Positions 31,716 to 39,722 are shown, counted from the first letter of the stretch. The stretch is DNA of 58,253 nt from a virus (IMGVR_UViG_3300021962_000125:1-58253); one strand, 5' to 3'. A program made the numbers and translations. Notes: a model not told the origin generated them from the letters alone.

Positions 31716-31723
31716 TATTTATT
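31716..31723 (-). promoter_or_regulatory. Late promoter (AATAAATA) for the gp25-gp6-gp7 operon
   Basis: ATAAATA core 22 nt upstream of the gp25 ATG. Confidence 0.7.
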
Positions 31724-31976
31724 CGTGTTTTTTCGATTCGTAGAGAGGCTCTGTGCCATAATCCCAGTCATCATAATCATCATCATTGCGAATTTGTGAG
31801 TGTATTTCGTTTTGATGAAAGAAATCGTGTTTTTTGGGAGTCAATTCATCATTTGCGATCTCGCGAAGCATTTTTTGCTTCTGAATTTGTGATTCCCAAC
31901 CATATTCACTACTCAAATAGCGAGTTCCCCACTCACTTTCCATAAAATTTTGGTCTTTATCGACTTTTTTGGTCAT
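31719..31976 (-). CDS. Hypothetical protein
   Basis: ORF track; operon packing. Confidence 0.7.
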   Translation of the reverse strand: MTKKVDKDQNFMESEWGTRYLSSEYGWESQIQKQKMLREIANDELTPKKHDFFHQNEIHSQIRNDDDYDDWDYGTEPLYESKKHE

Positions 31977-32628
31977 TGTTTGCTCCTGATTCGTTAAAAT
32001 CAGAACTTTTTACGGGGTTGCTATCCCGAATATCAATATAAAATCCCTTTCTGAGATAATCCTCATCACTAACAAACGTAAAACTATCTATTTCCTCTAC
32101 TTCTTCCCCTTTCCAAACAGGAATTGCTACAGAATTACCATATCGAAAGTCTGGATTGCGTCTAAAATGAACCTCAATGAGTTTATTTCCTATAAATTCA
32201 CAATTAATCCATTCATAGTTCCCTTTTAACTCATTTAATATATCTGGAAATGGAATTTTCGCATCTATTTTAGTCCACTTTTCCCATTTGTACAATAAAT
32301 TATCATCATCCCTCTCGCCTAATACTACAAGATCTGCTTTCTTATCTCTAAAATCAACACTTATATGATCACCATAAAATCTTTGACACCAAAATTCAGA
32401 CGGATGAAAGTGATCAGTATATTTGTAAATCCATTCTATACGAGAAAATCGTCCCATACCAAGTAAATTAATACTTGGTCGAACGATATAATGGTCTGGA
32501 GATGGAACAGACACGCCTACAGGACCACACAGATACCTTAGAGAGTGTGATAAAAAGAGTTTGTTATACACCCACAGATCTTCTTTATGAATTGAATTCC
32601 ATTCATCTACTGGATCTGCATAGTACAT
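31957..32628 (-). CDS. Hypothetical protein, possibly ATP-grasp-like
   Basis: YIVRPSINLLGMG, WINCEFIGNKLIEVHFR resemble ATP-grasp motifs; fold is inference. Confidence 0.65.
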   Translation of the reverse strand: MYYADPVDEWNSIHKEDLWVYNKLFLSHSLRYLCGPVGVSVPSPDHYIVRPSINLLGMGRFSRIEWIYKYTDHFHPSEFWCQRFYGDHISVDFRDKKADLVVLGERDDDNLLYKWEKWTKIDAKIPFPDILNELKGNYEWINCEFIGNKLIEVHFRRNPDFRYGNSVAIPVWKGEEVEEIDSFTFVSDEDYLRKGFYIDIRDSNPVKSSDFNESGANNDQKSR

Positions 32629-32825
32629 GAGTCTATATTATTTCTATGAAGAGTATAATTCTTCTGAATACGAATATCGGAGTTTTTAAAGGTCCAACAT
32701 TCTCCATTACTATCTAGGAAGACAACCCATTCTAAATCATGTTCTTGAGATCGATCGATCATAAAAAAAGCCCAGCCTTTACCTTTAGGGGTAATGACTG
32801 GGATTTGAGGATTAAGTTGAATCAC
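32607..32825 (-). CDS. Conserved phage hypothetical protein
   Basis: QLNPQIPVITPKGKG...IDRSQEHDLEWVVF...N. Confidence 0.75.
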   Translation of the reverse strand: MIQLNPQIPVITPKGKGWAFFMIDRSQEHDLEWVVFLDSNGECWTFKNSDIRIQKNYTLHRNNIDSCTMQIQ

Positions 32826-32962
32826 CGACCTTGACCGCGATATCTTTTCTTACGTCCATTACGAGAGGTTGCACTGAGCAATGTGCGAGCAGAACGTCCT
32901 TGACGAGTCTTCTTCGGTGCTCCTGGTTCAAAGATAGTTTTATTGGATCCGCCTTTAGCCAT
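32822..32962 (-). CDS. 46-aa very basic peptide ending KKRYRGQGR
   Basis: Manual translation; overlaps neighbours. Confidence 0.75.
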   Translation of the reverse strand: MAKGGSNKTIFEPGAPKKTRQGRSARTLLSATSRNGRKKRYRGQGR

Positions 32963-33116
32963 TTGTAATTTCCTCCATTTCTAATTCATTAAGATCAATG
33001 TTTTCTCCCGAGTAAAAACGCTCTGAGAAGTCTTGTAAAATCTCACTACAGTCTTCTATAGTGAGATTTGTATAAATTTTACGCCCTTTATATAAAAGAT
33101 TGTAAAGTGTACTCAT
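32955..33116 (-). CDS. 53-aa hypothetical protein
   Basis: Manual translation MSTLYNLLYKGRKIY...; TAATG coupling to the upstream gene. Confidence 0.65.
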   Translation of the reverse strand: MSTLYNLLYKGRKIYTNLTIEDCSEILQDFSERFYSGENIDLNELEMEEITNG

Positions 33117-33883
33117 TAGATTACGCGAGTTTTTTCATGTCCTACTCTAATACGAGGATCGCACCAGATTTCAAAGCCCGCATCTTTAGCATCAAGACAG
33201 AATGAAACATCCTCACCACACATATCCTGAACTGCACCAGATTCAAAGACTTGCATCTTTGGAGCAAACCAAGGATATTCGAGATTTTCAAATACTCCTT
33301 TCTTGATCAGAACCCAACCAAATCCAGTGTAATCAACTGTGAAAGGCTTTCTACGCTTTTGAATAGAATCAACGGTTTCATGATTCATGACACCACCATT
33401 CTTGCGGAAGTCATCTTCTTCTAACCAGTGTGCTACTGAGGTCGTGTGACCATCTTCTGTGGCATACCAACCAGCAACAATCTCTTTCTCTTCCCCTTCT
33501 TCATTCAGAGCAACATCACAGAGTTGCCAGAACTTTTCTGTGTTAAAGACAATATCCGAGTCAATCCAAAGTTGATAATCATATTGAAGTTTACCGTCCC
33601 AAGGAATTTGCTTTGGTCCACGAAGTACATTTGCTCCAAGAACTTTACAACGTGCAAAGTTTACCATTGAAGAGTAATCTTGAGAAATCTGAATACTCAT
33701 ATTGTTTTGCACAAGATCAAAACAGAGTTGTACAAATGCTTTTAGAAAGATAAACGAACATCCTCTACCAGGAAGACAGAAGATAATCGACTTACCTTTC
33801 ATTCTTTCTTTAATTGCATCATAATCCCATTCTTGTTCTTTGGGTTTAGGTGCCGTTGCTTTAATCGTAAATCCTTTTGCCAT
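33116..33883 (-). CDS. GT-A fold glycosyltransferase-like protein
   Basis: LWIDSDIVF (DxD), TGFGWVLIK, GEDVSFC, RVGHEK. Confidence 0.8.
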   Translation of the reverse strand: MAKGFTIKATAPKPKEQEWDYDAIKERMKGKSIIFCLPGRGCSFIFLKAFVQLCFDLVQNNMSIQISQDYSSMVNFARCKVLGANVLRGPKQIPWDGKLQYDYQLWIDSDIVFNTEKFWQLCDVALNEEGEEKEIVAGWYATEDGHTTSVAHWLEEDDFRKNGGVMNHETVDSIQKRRKPFTVDYTGFGWVLIKKGVFENLEYPWFAPKMQVFESGAVQDMCGEDVSFCLDAKDAGFEIWCDPRIRVGHEKTRVI

Positions 33884-33906
33884 AAGTGAAATTAACCTTC
33901 AGATCA

Positions 33907-33936
33907 ATTTTATCAGTCTATATATGCTTTTGTCAA
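33907..33936 (-). promoter_or_regulatory. Sigma70-type promoter TTGACA-N18-TAAAAT (extended TG)
   Basis: Seen 24 nt upstream of the glycosyltransferase ATG. Confidence 0.65.
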
Positions 33937-33942
33937 TTCGCC

Positions 33943-34137
33943 TCAATGAGAAGAATTGAGTAATACTTCCTTATTCAAATAAAGTTCTTCATAACTTAAA
34001 TCTTCTTTTGTAAGATCCAAATCAAGTAACTCAATCATTCTGTGCATCATCTCCCAGGTTTCAGAAAATTTACTCTCTGATAAACTGTGATAAATGCACC
34101 GATCCTTTGCGTATATGTGATAAACCTTTTCAGTCAT
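33943..34137 (-). CDS. Hypothetical protein
   Basis: ORF track. Confidence 0.7.
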   Translation of the reverse strand: MTEKVYHIYAKDRCIYHSLSESKFSETWEMMHRMIELLDLDLTKEDLSYEELYLNKEVLLNSSH

Positions 34138-34170
34138 AAAAATATTTTCCGGAATTTTTTTCAGTACTTT

Positions 34171-34326
34171 TTACTTTGTAACCGCATTATATATCAGAAC
34201 CAATAAAAATCCTAGGGGCACTCCGATAATCGTAAAGCACTGTCGTGGATACCTTATTAACCATCCCGCAAAGACAACCTTCCAGAAATTCCAATAAGGT
34301 CTACTTCTTTTTCTTACGTGCCCCAT
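34171..34326 (-). CDS. 51-aa small membrane protein (RPYWNFWKVVFAGWLIRYP...)
   Basis: Manual translation; hydrophobic C-terminal half. Confidence 0.6.
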   Translation of the reverse strand: MGHVRKRSRPYWNFWKVVFAGWLIRYPRQCFTIIGVPLGFLLVLIYNAVTK

Positions 34327-34408
34327 TTGCTTTTGCTTGACTCTTGTAACTCTTACAACGTTTATCTGGGCGGGACTTACCGTTCTTATGAATCCAACGG
34401 GTGAACAT
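34301..34408 (-). CDS. 35-aa basic peptide MFTRWIHKNGKSRPDKR...
   Basis: Manual translation; GGAG upstream. Confidence 0.5.
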   Translation of the reverse strand: MFTRWIHKNGKSRPDKRCKSYKSQAKANGARKKKK

Positions 34409-34560
34409 TTTTATCTCCGGAAAAATTTTATGAGATTGATATTTAGAGGTCGATTTGTCACCTCTGTAGGTTAGGGTAGTTTGCTTTTTTTATATACGCA
34501 ACGCCGCGCCACGCTATAAACAATCGGCGGCAATTAACTGCCGGATCACTGATATCACCA

Positions 34561-34600
34561 AGTATAACATAAGTGCCCCTCACAGTCAAGCAAGGGGCAC
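34561..34600 (-). promoter_or_regulatory. Sigma70 promoter TTGACT-N17-TATACT embedded in a stem-loop (GTGCCCCT/AGGGGCAC)
   Basis: -35 at 34584-34589, -10 at 34561-34566, stem arms 34573-34580 and 34593-34600. Confidence 0.8.
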
Positions 34601-34610
34601 ACAGTTACTA

Positions 34611-34751
34611 TCAGAACTCGATGCTATCTGCAGTGGGTTCAGCATAAGCAATCGACTGCTGATTGTCCTCGGTGAGAGTATCAAGGATCTGCAGAATCTC
34701 ACTGCCAGTGTTACCTTGAGCCAGCAGAGAAAGCATCACGGTCTTGGACAT
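34611..34751 (-). CDS. Hypothetical small early protein (MSKTVMLSLL...)
   Basis: Internal ATG of the 65-aa track ORF. Confidence 0.6.
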   Translation of the reverse strand: MSKTVMLSLLAQGNTGSEILQILDTLTEDNQQSIAYAEPTADSIEF

Positions 34752-34825
34752 GTTGTGTTCTTGAGTGTTAGTTAGTGTGTGAACAGTAAGTGTCTTTATA
34801 GGGCGCATCTTATTCCTCTTTGTTG

Positions 34826-35011
34826 TTACTTAAGGAGTTCAGGATGAATGAACTTAATCTCCTTAATCAGTTGCTCGTCGCTGATACGCTCAAAATCAGA
34901 TTCCATCATCATGTATAGAGTCTCTTGCATATCTTCCAGACTCATATTATCAATCAGTGTGTTGAGGTAAGACTCAAGAAGTGCAGGACGATTGGTGATT
35001 TTCATAGTCAC
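34826..35011 (-). CDS. Small acidic protein, similar to 38541..38807
   Basis: Y..xIDxMxLxxL...EQLIKEI pattern shared. Confidence 0.7.
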   Translation of the reverse strand: MTMKITNRPALLESYLNTLIDNMSLEDMQETLYMMMESDFERISDEQLIKEIKFIHPELLK

Positions 35012-35049
35012 TTAGTAAGGAATGAGTGAGTGTTACTTAAGACTGATAA

Positions 35050-35253
35050 TCACGCAGAAGGCATAACACCTTGGATCATCAATTCGCAGTTGGATTCGGT
35101 CCACTCTGCAGCAACGATTTCACTGTGCAGAACATCACCTTCAGACCACTCATTGTGCAGACGCTCATACCAGGCGTCGAAGAGTTCCATACTCTGAGCG
35201 GCGAGAACTTGGAAGGCATTCTCGATAGCGAAGTTCAGAACGGTTTGAGACAT
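35050..35253 (-). CDS. Hypothetical early protein
   Basis: ORF track; downstream of repeat copy 1. Confidence 0.65.
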   Translation of the reverse strand: MSQTVLNFAIENAFQVLAAQSMELFDAWYERLHNEWSEGDVLHSEIVAAEWTESNCELMIQGVMPSA

Positions 35254-35278
35254 TTAAGGTCGTTTGAGTTGGTGTCTA

Positions 35279-35307
35279 TACTACTGATGCACTTTGAAGG
35301 GCCCAGT
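35279..35307 (-). repeat. 29-bp element copy 1
   Basis: ACTGGGCCCTTCAAAGTGCATCAGTAGTA. Confidence 0.95.
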
Positions 35308-35337
35308 ATTGTTCACTGAACCGGTCTTAAGTGTTAC

Positions 35338-35586
35338 TTAGAAGTCGAACACATCGCTATTGATCTGGATGACATTTACAGCAGGATCATTCCACTCAAC
35401 ACCATCAGGAGTTTGTGTCATGAATTCGCTGATATTTGCAACGAACTGCTTATAGTCAACACAACGACGAGCGATGTTATACAAACCCTCATCATTGCTG
35501 ATCCAGAGTGCAACATTCCAGGTCTCATAATTCTCCCACCCGTTATACGAAGTGTCGAGAACATTGCTTTGGAAAGTGGTGCTCAC
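35338..35586 (-). CDS. Conserved phage protein (YNGWxNYETWNVALW family)
   Basis: Motif recognised; sole gene between copies 2 and 1. Confidence 0.8.
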   Translation of the reverse strand: MSTTFQSNVLDTSYNGWENYETWNVALWISNDEGLYNIARRCVDYKQFVANISEFMTQTPDGVEWNDPAVNVIQINSDVFDF

Positions 35587-35605
35587 TGTGTGGGTTTCGT
35601 CCTTA

Positions 35606-35634
35606 CACTACTGATGCACTTTCAGGGGCCCAAT
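35606..35634 (-). repeat. 29-bp element copy 2
   Basis: ATTGGGCCCCTGAAAGTGCATCAGTAGTG. Confidence 0.95.
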
Positions 35635-35659
35635 AGTGTTCACTGTGCGTCCCTATGTG

Positions 35660-35833
35660 TTACCAACGGTCGGGAGTTGACAGGTCTTCCACATAAGCCT
35701 CACACCTCTCAGCTGGTTCCAACTTGAATAACTTCTCCCAGTCAATCTGATGCGGGTCAAAGTCAGGAAACGCAGAGATGTCTAGGGTGATGCGATAACG
35801 TACCTTCTGTGCTTGTGAATAGGCAACTGACAT
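35660..35833 (-). CDS. 57-aa protein MSVAYSQAQKVRYRITLDI...DRW (absent from ORF track)
   Basis: Manual translation; AAGGAG RBS and a sigma70 promoter upstream. Confidence 0.75.
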   Translation of the reverse strand: MSVAYSQAQKVRYRITLDISAFPDFDPHQIDWEKLFKLEPAERCEAYVEDLSTPDRW

Positions 35834-35860
35834 AAGTGCGCTCCTTTGTGTTATGAGAGT

Positions 35861-35889
35861 ACTATAAGATGCCTGGGCGTAAATGTCAA
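35861..35889 (-). promoter_or_regulatory. Sigma70 promoter TTGACA-N17-TATAGT
   Basis: Near-perfect consensus with 17-nt spacing. Confidence 0.8.
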
Positions 35890-36057
35890 GGTCTATGGGG
35901 ATATTTATGAGCGGGGTGTGGATTTTTTTGAGGGATCTGTGTGGATTTTATGACCCGGGATTTGACAAAGTGTGGGTGAGTGTGTTATAGCTCGCAAGGT
36001 AAGATAACGACCCAGAGAGACATTAAAAGACTCATAAGTTCTCCACCATTCTAACAC

Positions 36058-36113
36058 TTTTCCACAGGTTTTTCCACACATTTATTATACTTTTTCCACA
36101 ACATTGTGGAAAA
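36058..36113. promoter_or_regulatory. Cluster of four TTTTCCACA DnaA-box-like 9-mers (3 forward, 1 reverse); candidate origin
   Basis: 36058-36066, 36070-36078, 36092-36100 and reverse 36105-36113. Confidence 0.65.
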
Positions 36114-36139
36114 CTAATATCAGTATTTCGACACTTAAG

Positions 36140-36147
36140 TATAAATA
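36140..36147 (+). promoter_or_regulatory. T4 late promoter TATAAATA for the plus-strand endonuclease
   Basis: Exact consensus 27 nt upstream of the start. Confidence 0.8.
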
Positions 36148-36173
36148 ACGCAGACACATTTTTTATCAATTCA

Positions 36174-37187
36174 GTGGCATATATCTACTCAATCACCAAC
36201 CTTCAGAATAGCAAACTCTACGTCGGAAAGACTACGCAACCCAACCCATATGATAGATGGAAGCAACACCTACAGAACGCAAGAAGTAAGGATAATTTAG
36301 CAGAGAACAATTCATCTCACTCTATGCCTATTGTTCGTGCCATATGTAAGTACGGAGCAGACAACTTTAAGTTTAGAGTATTGGAAGAATGTAGCGATGA
36401 TAATGTTAATGAACGTGAAACCTTTTGGATAAACAAACTTGATACTTGTGGTAAGAATGGGTATAACATTACGTTAGGTGGTGATGGTGTAAAGAAACCA
36501 CAAAAGTATTGGGCAAATCATCCACATTCTAAAGCAGTGAGTTGTTATACATTAGAAGGTGAATGGGTTAGAGACTATGAGACTATGGGATTAGCAGCAA
36601 TAGATGTAAGCGGAAAGAAAAAAAGTTCACCTATTCGTTTTTGTATTAAAGGTGTTACATTTCAGGCATTTGGTTATAGATGGGCTTGGAAAGGTGAACA
36701 ACCTAAAGTAGTAGAAAAGAGAGTGAATGTTCGCGGTGTTGTGTATGGTATCAATCCAACATTAGGACGCAAAAAGATGTGGAAATCACAAGCAGATGCT
36801 GCAGAAGAAATAACTGGAAATCGTAAGAATAACTCTAATCTTTTACTTTCAATACGCAGTCCTGATAATAACAAATGGCAAGTAAATGGGTGGTATTTGT
36901 TTAGATCAAAACCAACAGATTGGAAACCAGCAACAAAGACAAGATCAACAGAACACTATAAAAAAGCAGCAGCAATATCAAATGAAAAAAGAAAGAAACC
37001 TGTCTATGGAGTGAATATTAAAACTGGCAAAATCGTAGAGTTTGAGAGTATGAGCGAAGCATCATTTTTTATCAAAGGTGAAGGAAACTACAAAGGAGTT
37101 GCTAACATCACCAACAACATTGAACGTATAAAGAATGGGCAAACTTGGTGCAATGCTTATGGTTACAGATGGTACGAAAAAGCATAA
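36174..37187 (+). CDS. GIY-YIG homing endonuclease with repeated NUMOD1-like helix-turn-helix modules
   Basis: YIYSITN...LYVGKT...RWKQH, ERETFWI, GYNITLGGDG; repeated S..EAA...AYGYRW modules. Confidence 0.9.
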   Translation: MAYIYSITNLQNSKLYVGKTTQPNPYDRWKQHLQNARSKDNLAENNSSHSMPIVRAICKYGADNFKFRVLEECSDDNVNERETFWINKLDTCGKNGYNITLGGDGVKKPQKYWANHPHSKAVSCYTLEGEWVRDYETMGLAAIDVSGKKKSSPIRFCIKGVTFQAFGYRWAWKGEQPKVVEKRVNVRGVVYGINPTLGRKKMWKSQADAAEEITGNRKNNSNLLLSIRSPDNNKWQVNGWYLFRSKPTDWKPATKTRSTEHYKKAAAISNEKRKKPVYGVNIKTGKIVEFESMSEASFFIKGEGNYKGVANITNNIERIKNGQTWCNAYGYRWYEKA

Positions 37188-37209
37188 AAAAAGAGGGTGT
37201 AATCCCTCT
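37186..37209 (-). terminator. Intrinsic terminator for the minus-strand early transcript
   Basis: AGAGGG-ATTACA-CCCTCT followed by a T7 tract on the minus strand, between convergent genes. Confidence 0.8.
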
Positions 37210-37213
37210 GTTG

Positions 37214-37339
37214 TTATTGATTCTCAACTGCAAAAGATTCGATCCCATTCACTATTCGATTCCCTAGATTTGCTATCCCATTGAATCCAACTGTTGAAAG
37301 AATGATACCAACGACTACACCTATAAAGAACTTTGACAT
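37214..37339 (-). CDS. 41-aa membrane peptide MSKFFIGVVVGIILSTVGFNGIA...
   Basis: Manual translation. Confidence 0.65.
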   Translation of the reverse strand: MSKFFIGVVVGIILSTVGFNGIANLGNRIVNGIESFAVENQ

Positions 37340-37470
37340 TATACTAGGTGAGCAGGACTACCACAAGAAAGATAAAACTCAACCATCCTCTTTGCTTCAT
37401 CTAATGTAGAGAATGATTGCTCTCTCCACTGTTGCTGATACGGTGTAAAGTAACGGATCTTGAACATCAT
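37339..37470 (-). CDS. 43-aa protein (IRYFTPYQQQWREQSF...MVEFYLSCGSPA)
   Basis: Manual translation; coupled to both neighbours. Confidence 0.7.
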   Translation of the reverse strand: MMFKIRYFTPYQQQWREQSFSTLDEAKRMVEFYLSCGSPAHLV

Positions 37471-37649
37471 TTTGTTGAATAAAGACAGGAACTAACTTTA
37501 CCTGGAGTTGCGATAACTTGTCCTCCTTTCTCTATACATTGTGCTTCTACTTGTGTATTTCTAACATTGATAATACCAAGAAGAAGTAAGAGAAAAAGAA
37601 TACCTCCAATAATGATGATTACGTTCATTTGGAGTTGTTCTTTGTTCAT
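37467..37649 (-). CDS. Small membrane-anchored protein
   Basis: One hydrophobic segment plus CIEKGG...C. Confidence 0.65.
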   Translation of the reverse strand: MNKEQLQMNVIIIIGGILFLLLLLGIINVRNTQVEAQCIEKGGQVIATPGKVSSCLYSTK

Positions 37650-37655
37650 AAGATT

Positions 37656-37970
37656 TCAGTTCAAACGCATACCAGAGAAGAAAGGAAGTGGACCACCTTC
37701 ATAGTTAATGAACCATTGACCTTTCTTCTGGAAGACATACTCATCTCCACAGCCGTGTGCTTGAAGAAGTGCATTAAGACGCGATTTTGTGGTGTTTGAT
37801 TGATACCCACCATCGAACAATTCGATCCAGGTTTCGCCAATTCGGGCAATCAAATTACCGTACAGAAAGACATCACTGGAGTTGGTATAGTTGATGACTT
37901 CAGTGTTATCTTTCTTCCAATCCTTTTGATTCAGGATTGCATCATTCATTTGCTTTTCGATGACTCGCAT
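37656..37970 (-). CDS. Conserved phage early protein
   Basis: MRVIEKQM...LYGNLIA...DGGYQSNTTKSRLNAL. Confidence 0.8.
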   Translation of the reverse strand: MRVIEKQMNDAILNQKDWKKDNTEVINYTNSSDVFLYGNLIARIGETWIELFDGGYQSNTTKSRLNALLQAHGCGDEYVFQKKGQWFINYEGGPLPFFSGMRLN

Positions 37971-37990
37971 TGTGCTTTGTGTGTTGCTTA

Positions 37991-38019
37991 TACTACTGAT
38001 GCACTTTCAAGGGCCCAGT
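37991..38019 (-). repeat. 29-bp element copy 3
   Basis: Exact consensus; upstream stop at 38021. Confidence 0.97.
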
Positions 38020-38020
38020 T

Positions 38021-38191
38021 TCAATCAGTGATAACATAAGATCCTTCAACACTACAAAACTCCATCAAATAATAATCAAGGTTAATACCTAATTCATCAG
38101 CAACGGGATAACATTCTTCATATTGTTCTTGTGAAAGAATAAAGTAATTCGTCTCAATCTTTGTCAATTTGTCCACCTTTGATTTCGACAT
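38021..38191 (-). CDS. Small acidic protein (LGINLDYYLMEF); start uncertain
   Basis: C-terminal part of the 92-aa track ORF. Confidence 0.6.
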   Translation of the reverse strand: MSKSKVDKLTKIETNYFILSQEQYEECYPVADELGINLDYYLMEFCSVEGSYVITD

Positions 38192-38303
38192 TTTCAAGAA
38201 CGGTAACAATTTGATTCGTCGGAGTAAGGTAGTCAATCTGAAGAACATTCGGTGCGATTTCAGTAGAGCCAATGATCGCAGATGCAAGGAGAAGTTCAAT
38301 CAT
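38154..38303 (-). CDS. 49-aa protein MIELLLASAIIGSTEIAPNVLQIDYL...
   Basis: Manual translation. Confidence 0.6.
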   Translation of the reverse strand: MIELLLASAIIGSTEIAPNVLQIDYLTPTNQIVTVLENVEIKGGQIDKD

Positions 38304-38305
38304 AA

Positions 38306-38536
38306 TCAGTCGAAACGTGAAGAAAGATCAGGACCAGGATTTTCGAGATGTGCTACACTATCGGCAACAGATTCTTGAGAAAGTGCAAACTGAACCTTTT
38401 TTCCATTGTAGTAAATGTCAAAGACAGATTGCACATAAGGTGTTAGATTACCTTCAGAATCCCAGGCATTTCGTGTATGTGAAGTCTCAACGATTTGGTA
38501 GACTTTAGAGGTGAGAGGTGAAACGTAAGTGCTCAT
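38306..38536 (-). CDS. Hypothetical early protein; ATG overlaps repeat copy 4
   Basis: ORF track. Confidence 0.75.
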   Translation of the reverse strand: MSTYVSPLTSKVYQIVETSHTRNAWDSEGNLTPYVQSVFDIYYNGKKVQFALSQESVADSVAHLENPGPDLSSRFD

Positions 38537-38564
38537 ACTACTACTGCACTTTCAAGGGCCCAGT
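38536..38564 (-). repeat. 29-bp element copy 4
   Basis: ACTGGGCCCTTGAAAGTGCAGTAGTAGTA; the upstream ORF reads into it and stops inside (…TGPLKVQ*). Confidence 0.95.
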
Positions 38565-38807
38565 TGTTACACTTTCAATCATTTCATTCACATATTCTTC
38601 GTCATAGAACTGCGAAATCTCTTCGATTAACTCTTCTGGAAGTGAGAAGTCGCGGCGGATGTTTTCTTCAATCGTTTCGCTTGCAAATTGTACCAAACTG
38701 TCGAGGTCCATACCATCAACAATCGACTCAACGTAGATTGCAAGCAGTTTATCGTATTGGTCTTGAGTAAGTTCCATTTTGTTTGAGAAATTGGGGAGGG
38801 AAATCAT
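38541..38807 (-). CDS. Small acidic protein, similar to 34826..35011
   Basis: YVESIVDGMDLDSL...EELIEEI. Confidence 0.75.
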   Translation of the reverse strand: MISLPNFSNKMELTQDQYDKLLAIYVESIVDGMDLDSLVQFASETIEENIRRDFSLPEELIEEISQFYDEEYVNEMIESVTTGPLKVQ

Positions 38808-39034
38808 TGAATAACAGTGTTCACATTCGGGTCAAAAGTAACTTCAGAGATCACATCAAAATCATCAGTCATCTTGACATAATTCCAGAGAGTGTCAGTC
38901 TCATCATCTACATTTTCCTGATAAAGGTGAATGAAACCGTTCTCATCTTGCTTTACATATGCACCATCATAATTCTCATCATCGAATACATAACCAGATG
39001 CAATCAGTGCTTCAATGAAAGTCATAATCTTCAC
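38804..39034 (-). CDS. Small acidic hypothetical protein
   Basis: ORF track; ATGA overlaps. Confidence 0.75.
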   Translation of the reverse strand: MKIMTFIEALIASGYVFDDENYDGAYVKQDENGFIHLYQENVDDETDTLWNYVKMTDDFDVISEVTFDPNVNTVIQ

Positions 39035-39192
39035 CAGTTAATGAGTGTAGCAATGTTCCCAAGTTTATTCTGTTCGTCTACAATCTCCATCGCGTGATTG
39101 TATGTCTTGACGGAAATGTAACGTGCTTTTCCTCTTGTCTCTGGAAACAGATTCAGTTTGTCAATGATACGAACTGTGTTGGTATGTTTCAT
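39031..39192 (-). CDS. 53-aa protein MKHTNTVRIIDKL...
   Basis: Manual translation; ATGA overlaps on both sides. Confidence 0.7.
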   Translation of the reverse strand: MKHTNTVRIIDKLNLFPETRGKARYISVKTYNHAMEIVDEQNKLGNIATLINW

Positions 39193-39431
39193 TTCAGAAC
39201 GTGGCGATAATCAAGAGATTTGATGCACCAACCATAGGCAGTTGTAATCTCTTCAACTAAATCATCCTCATCATCTGCCTCCCAGATTTGACCGATTGTT
39301 GCTTGAGTGACATAATCAAACTCCAAGAATCCATCACATTCTGCATCGTGTTCTGGGGATTGAGGATCACCACAATAGGGACACTCATCATCAAAATCAA
39401 ACTCAATATCAGTAACTTGGAATTGCATCAA
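39189..39431 (-). CDS. Acidic protein with CPYC insert
   Basis: FQVTDIEFDF...WEADDEDDLVEEIT...GWCIKSLDY. Confidence 0.75.
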   Translation of the reverse strand: MMQFQVTDIEFDFDDECPYCGDPQSPEHDAECDGFLEFDYVTQATIGQIWEADDEDDLVEEITTAYGWCIKSLDYRHVLK

Positions 39432-39694
39432 ACTGCACCTGCCATAAAGTTGTATTCTTGCACCAGGTTAATGTTATCACCAGTGATCACATATTCAAGT
39501 GCCAGGCGATCATCAATCTCACGTTGTGCATCTTTTTTGGTCAGACACTTTTGAGAGATCGTATCAATACCCTTCCAAGAAAGAACCTTGAGAGTGTAGT
39601 TGGAACAATCCTCAATCGGATAGAAACCGACGATCATTGTACCGTCTTTAGACTGAAGCGTAGGAAACTCAATCATCGTAGGAGTGGTGTTCAT
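39428..39694 (-). CDS. Hypothetical early protein; ATG overlaps repeat copy 5
   Basis: ORF track. Confidence 0.75.
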   Translation of the reverse strand: MNTTPTMIEFPTLQSKDGTMIVGFYPIEDCSNYTLKVLSWKGIDTISQKCLTKKDAQREIDDRLALEYVITGDNINLVQEYNFMAGAV

Positions 39695-39722
39695 ACTACT
39701 GATGCACTTTCAAGGGCCCAGT
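39694..39722 (-). repeat. 29-bp element copy 5
   Basis: Exact consensus. Confidence 0.97.

Noticed and set aside
163-33670. Short plus-strand ORFs within the structural cluster
   Set aside because: Shadow ORFs antisense to well-supported T4-like genes.
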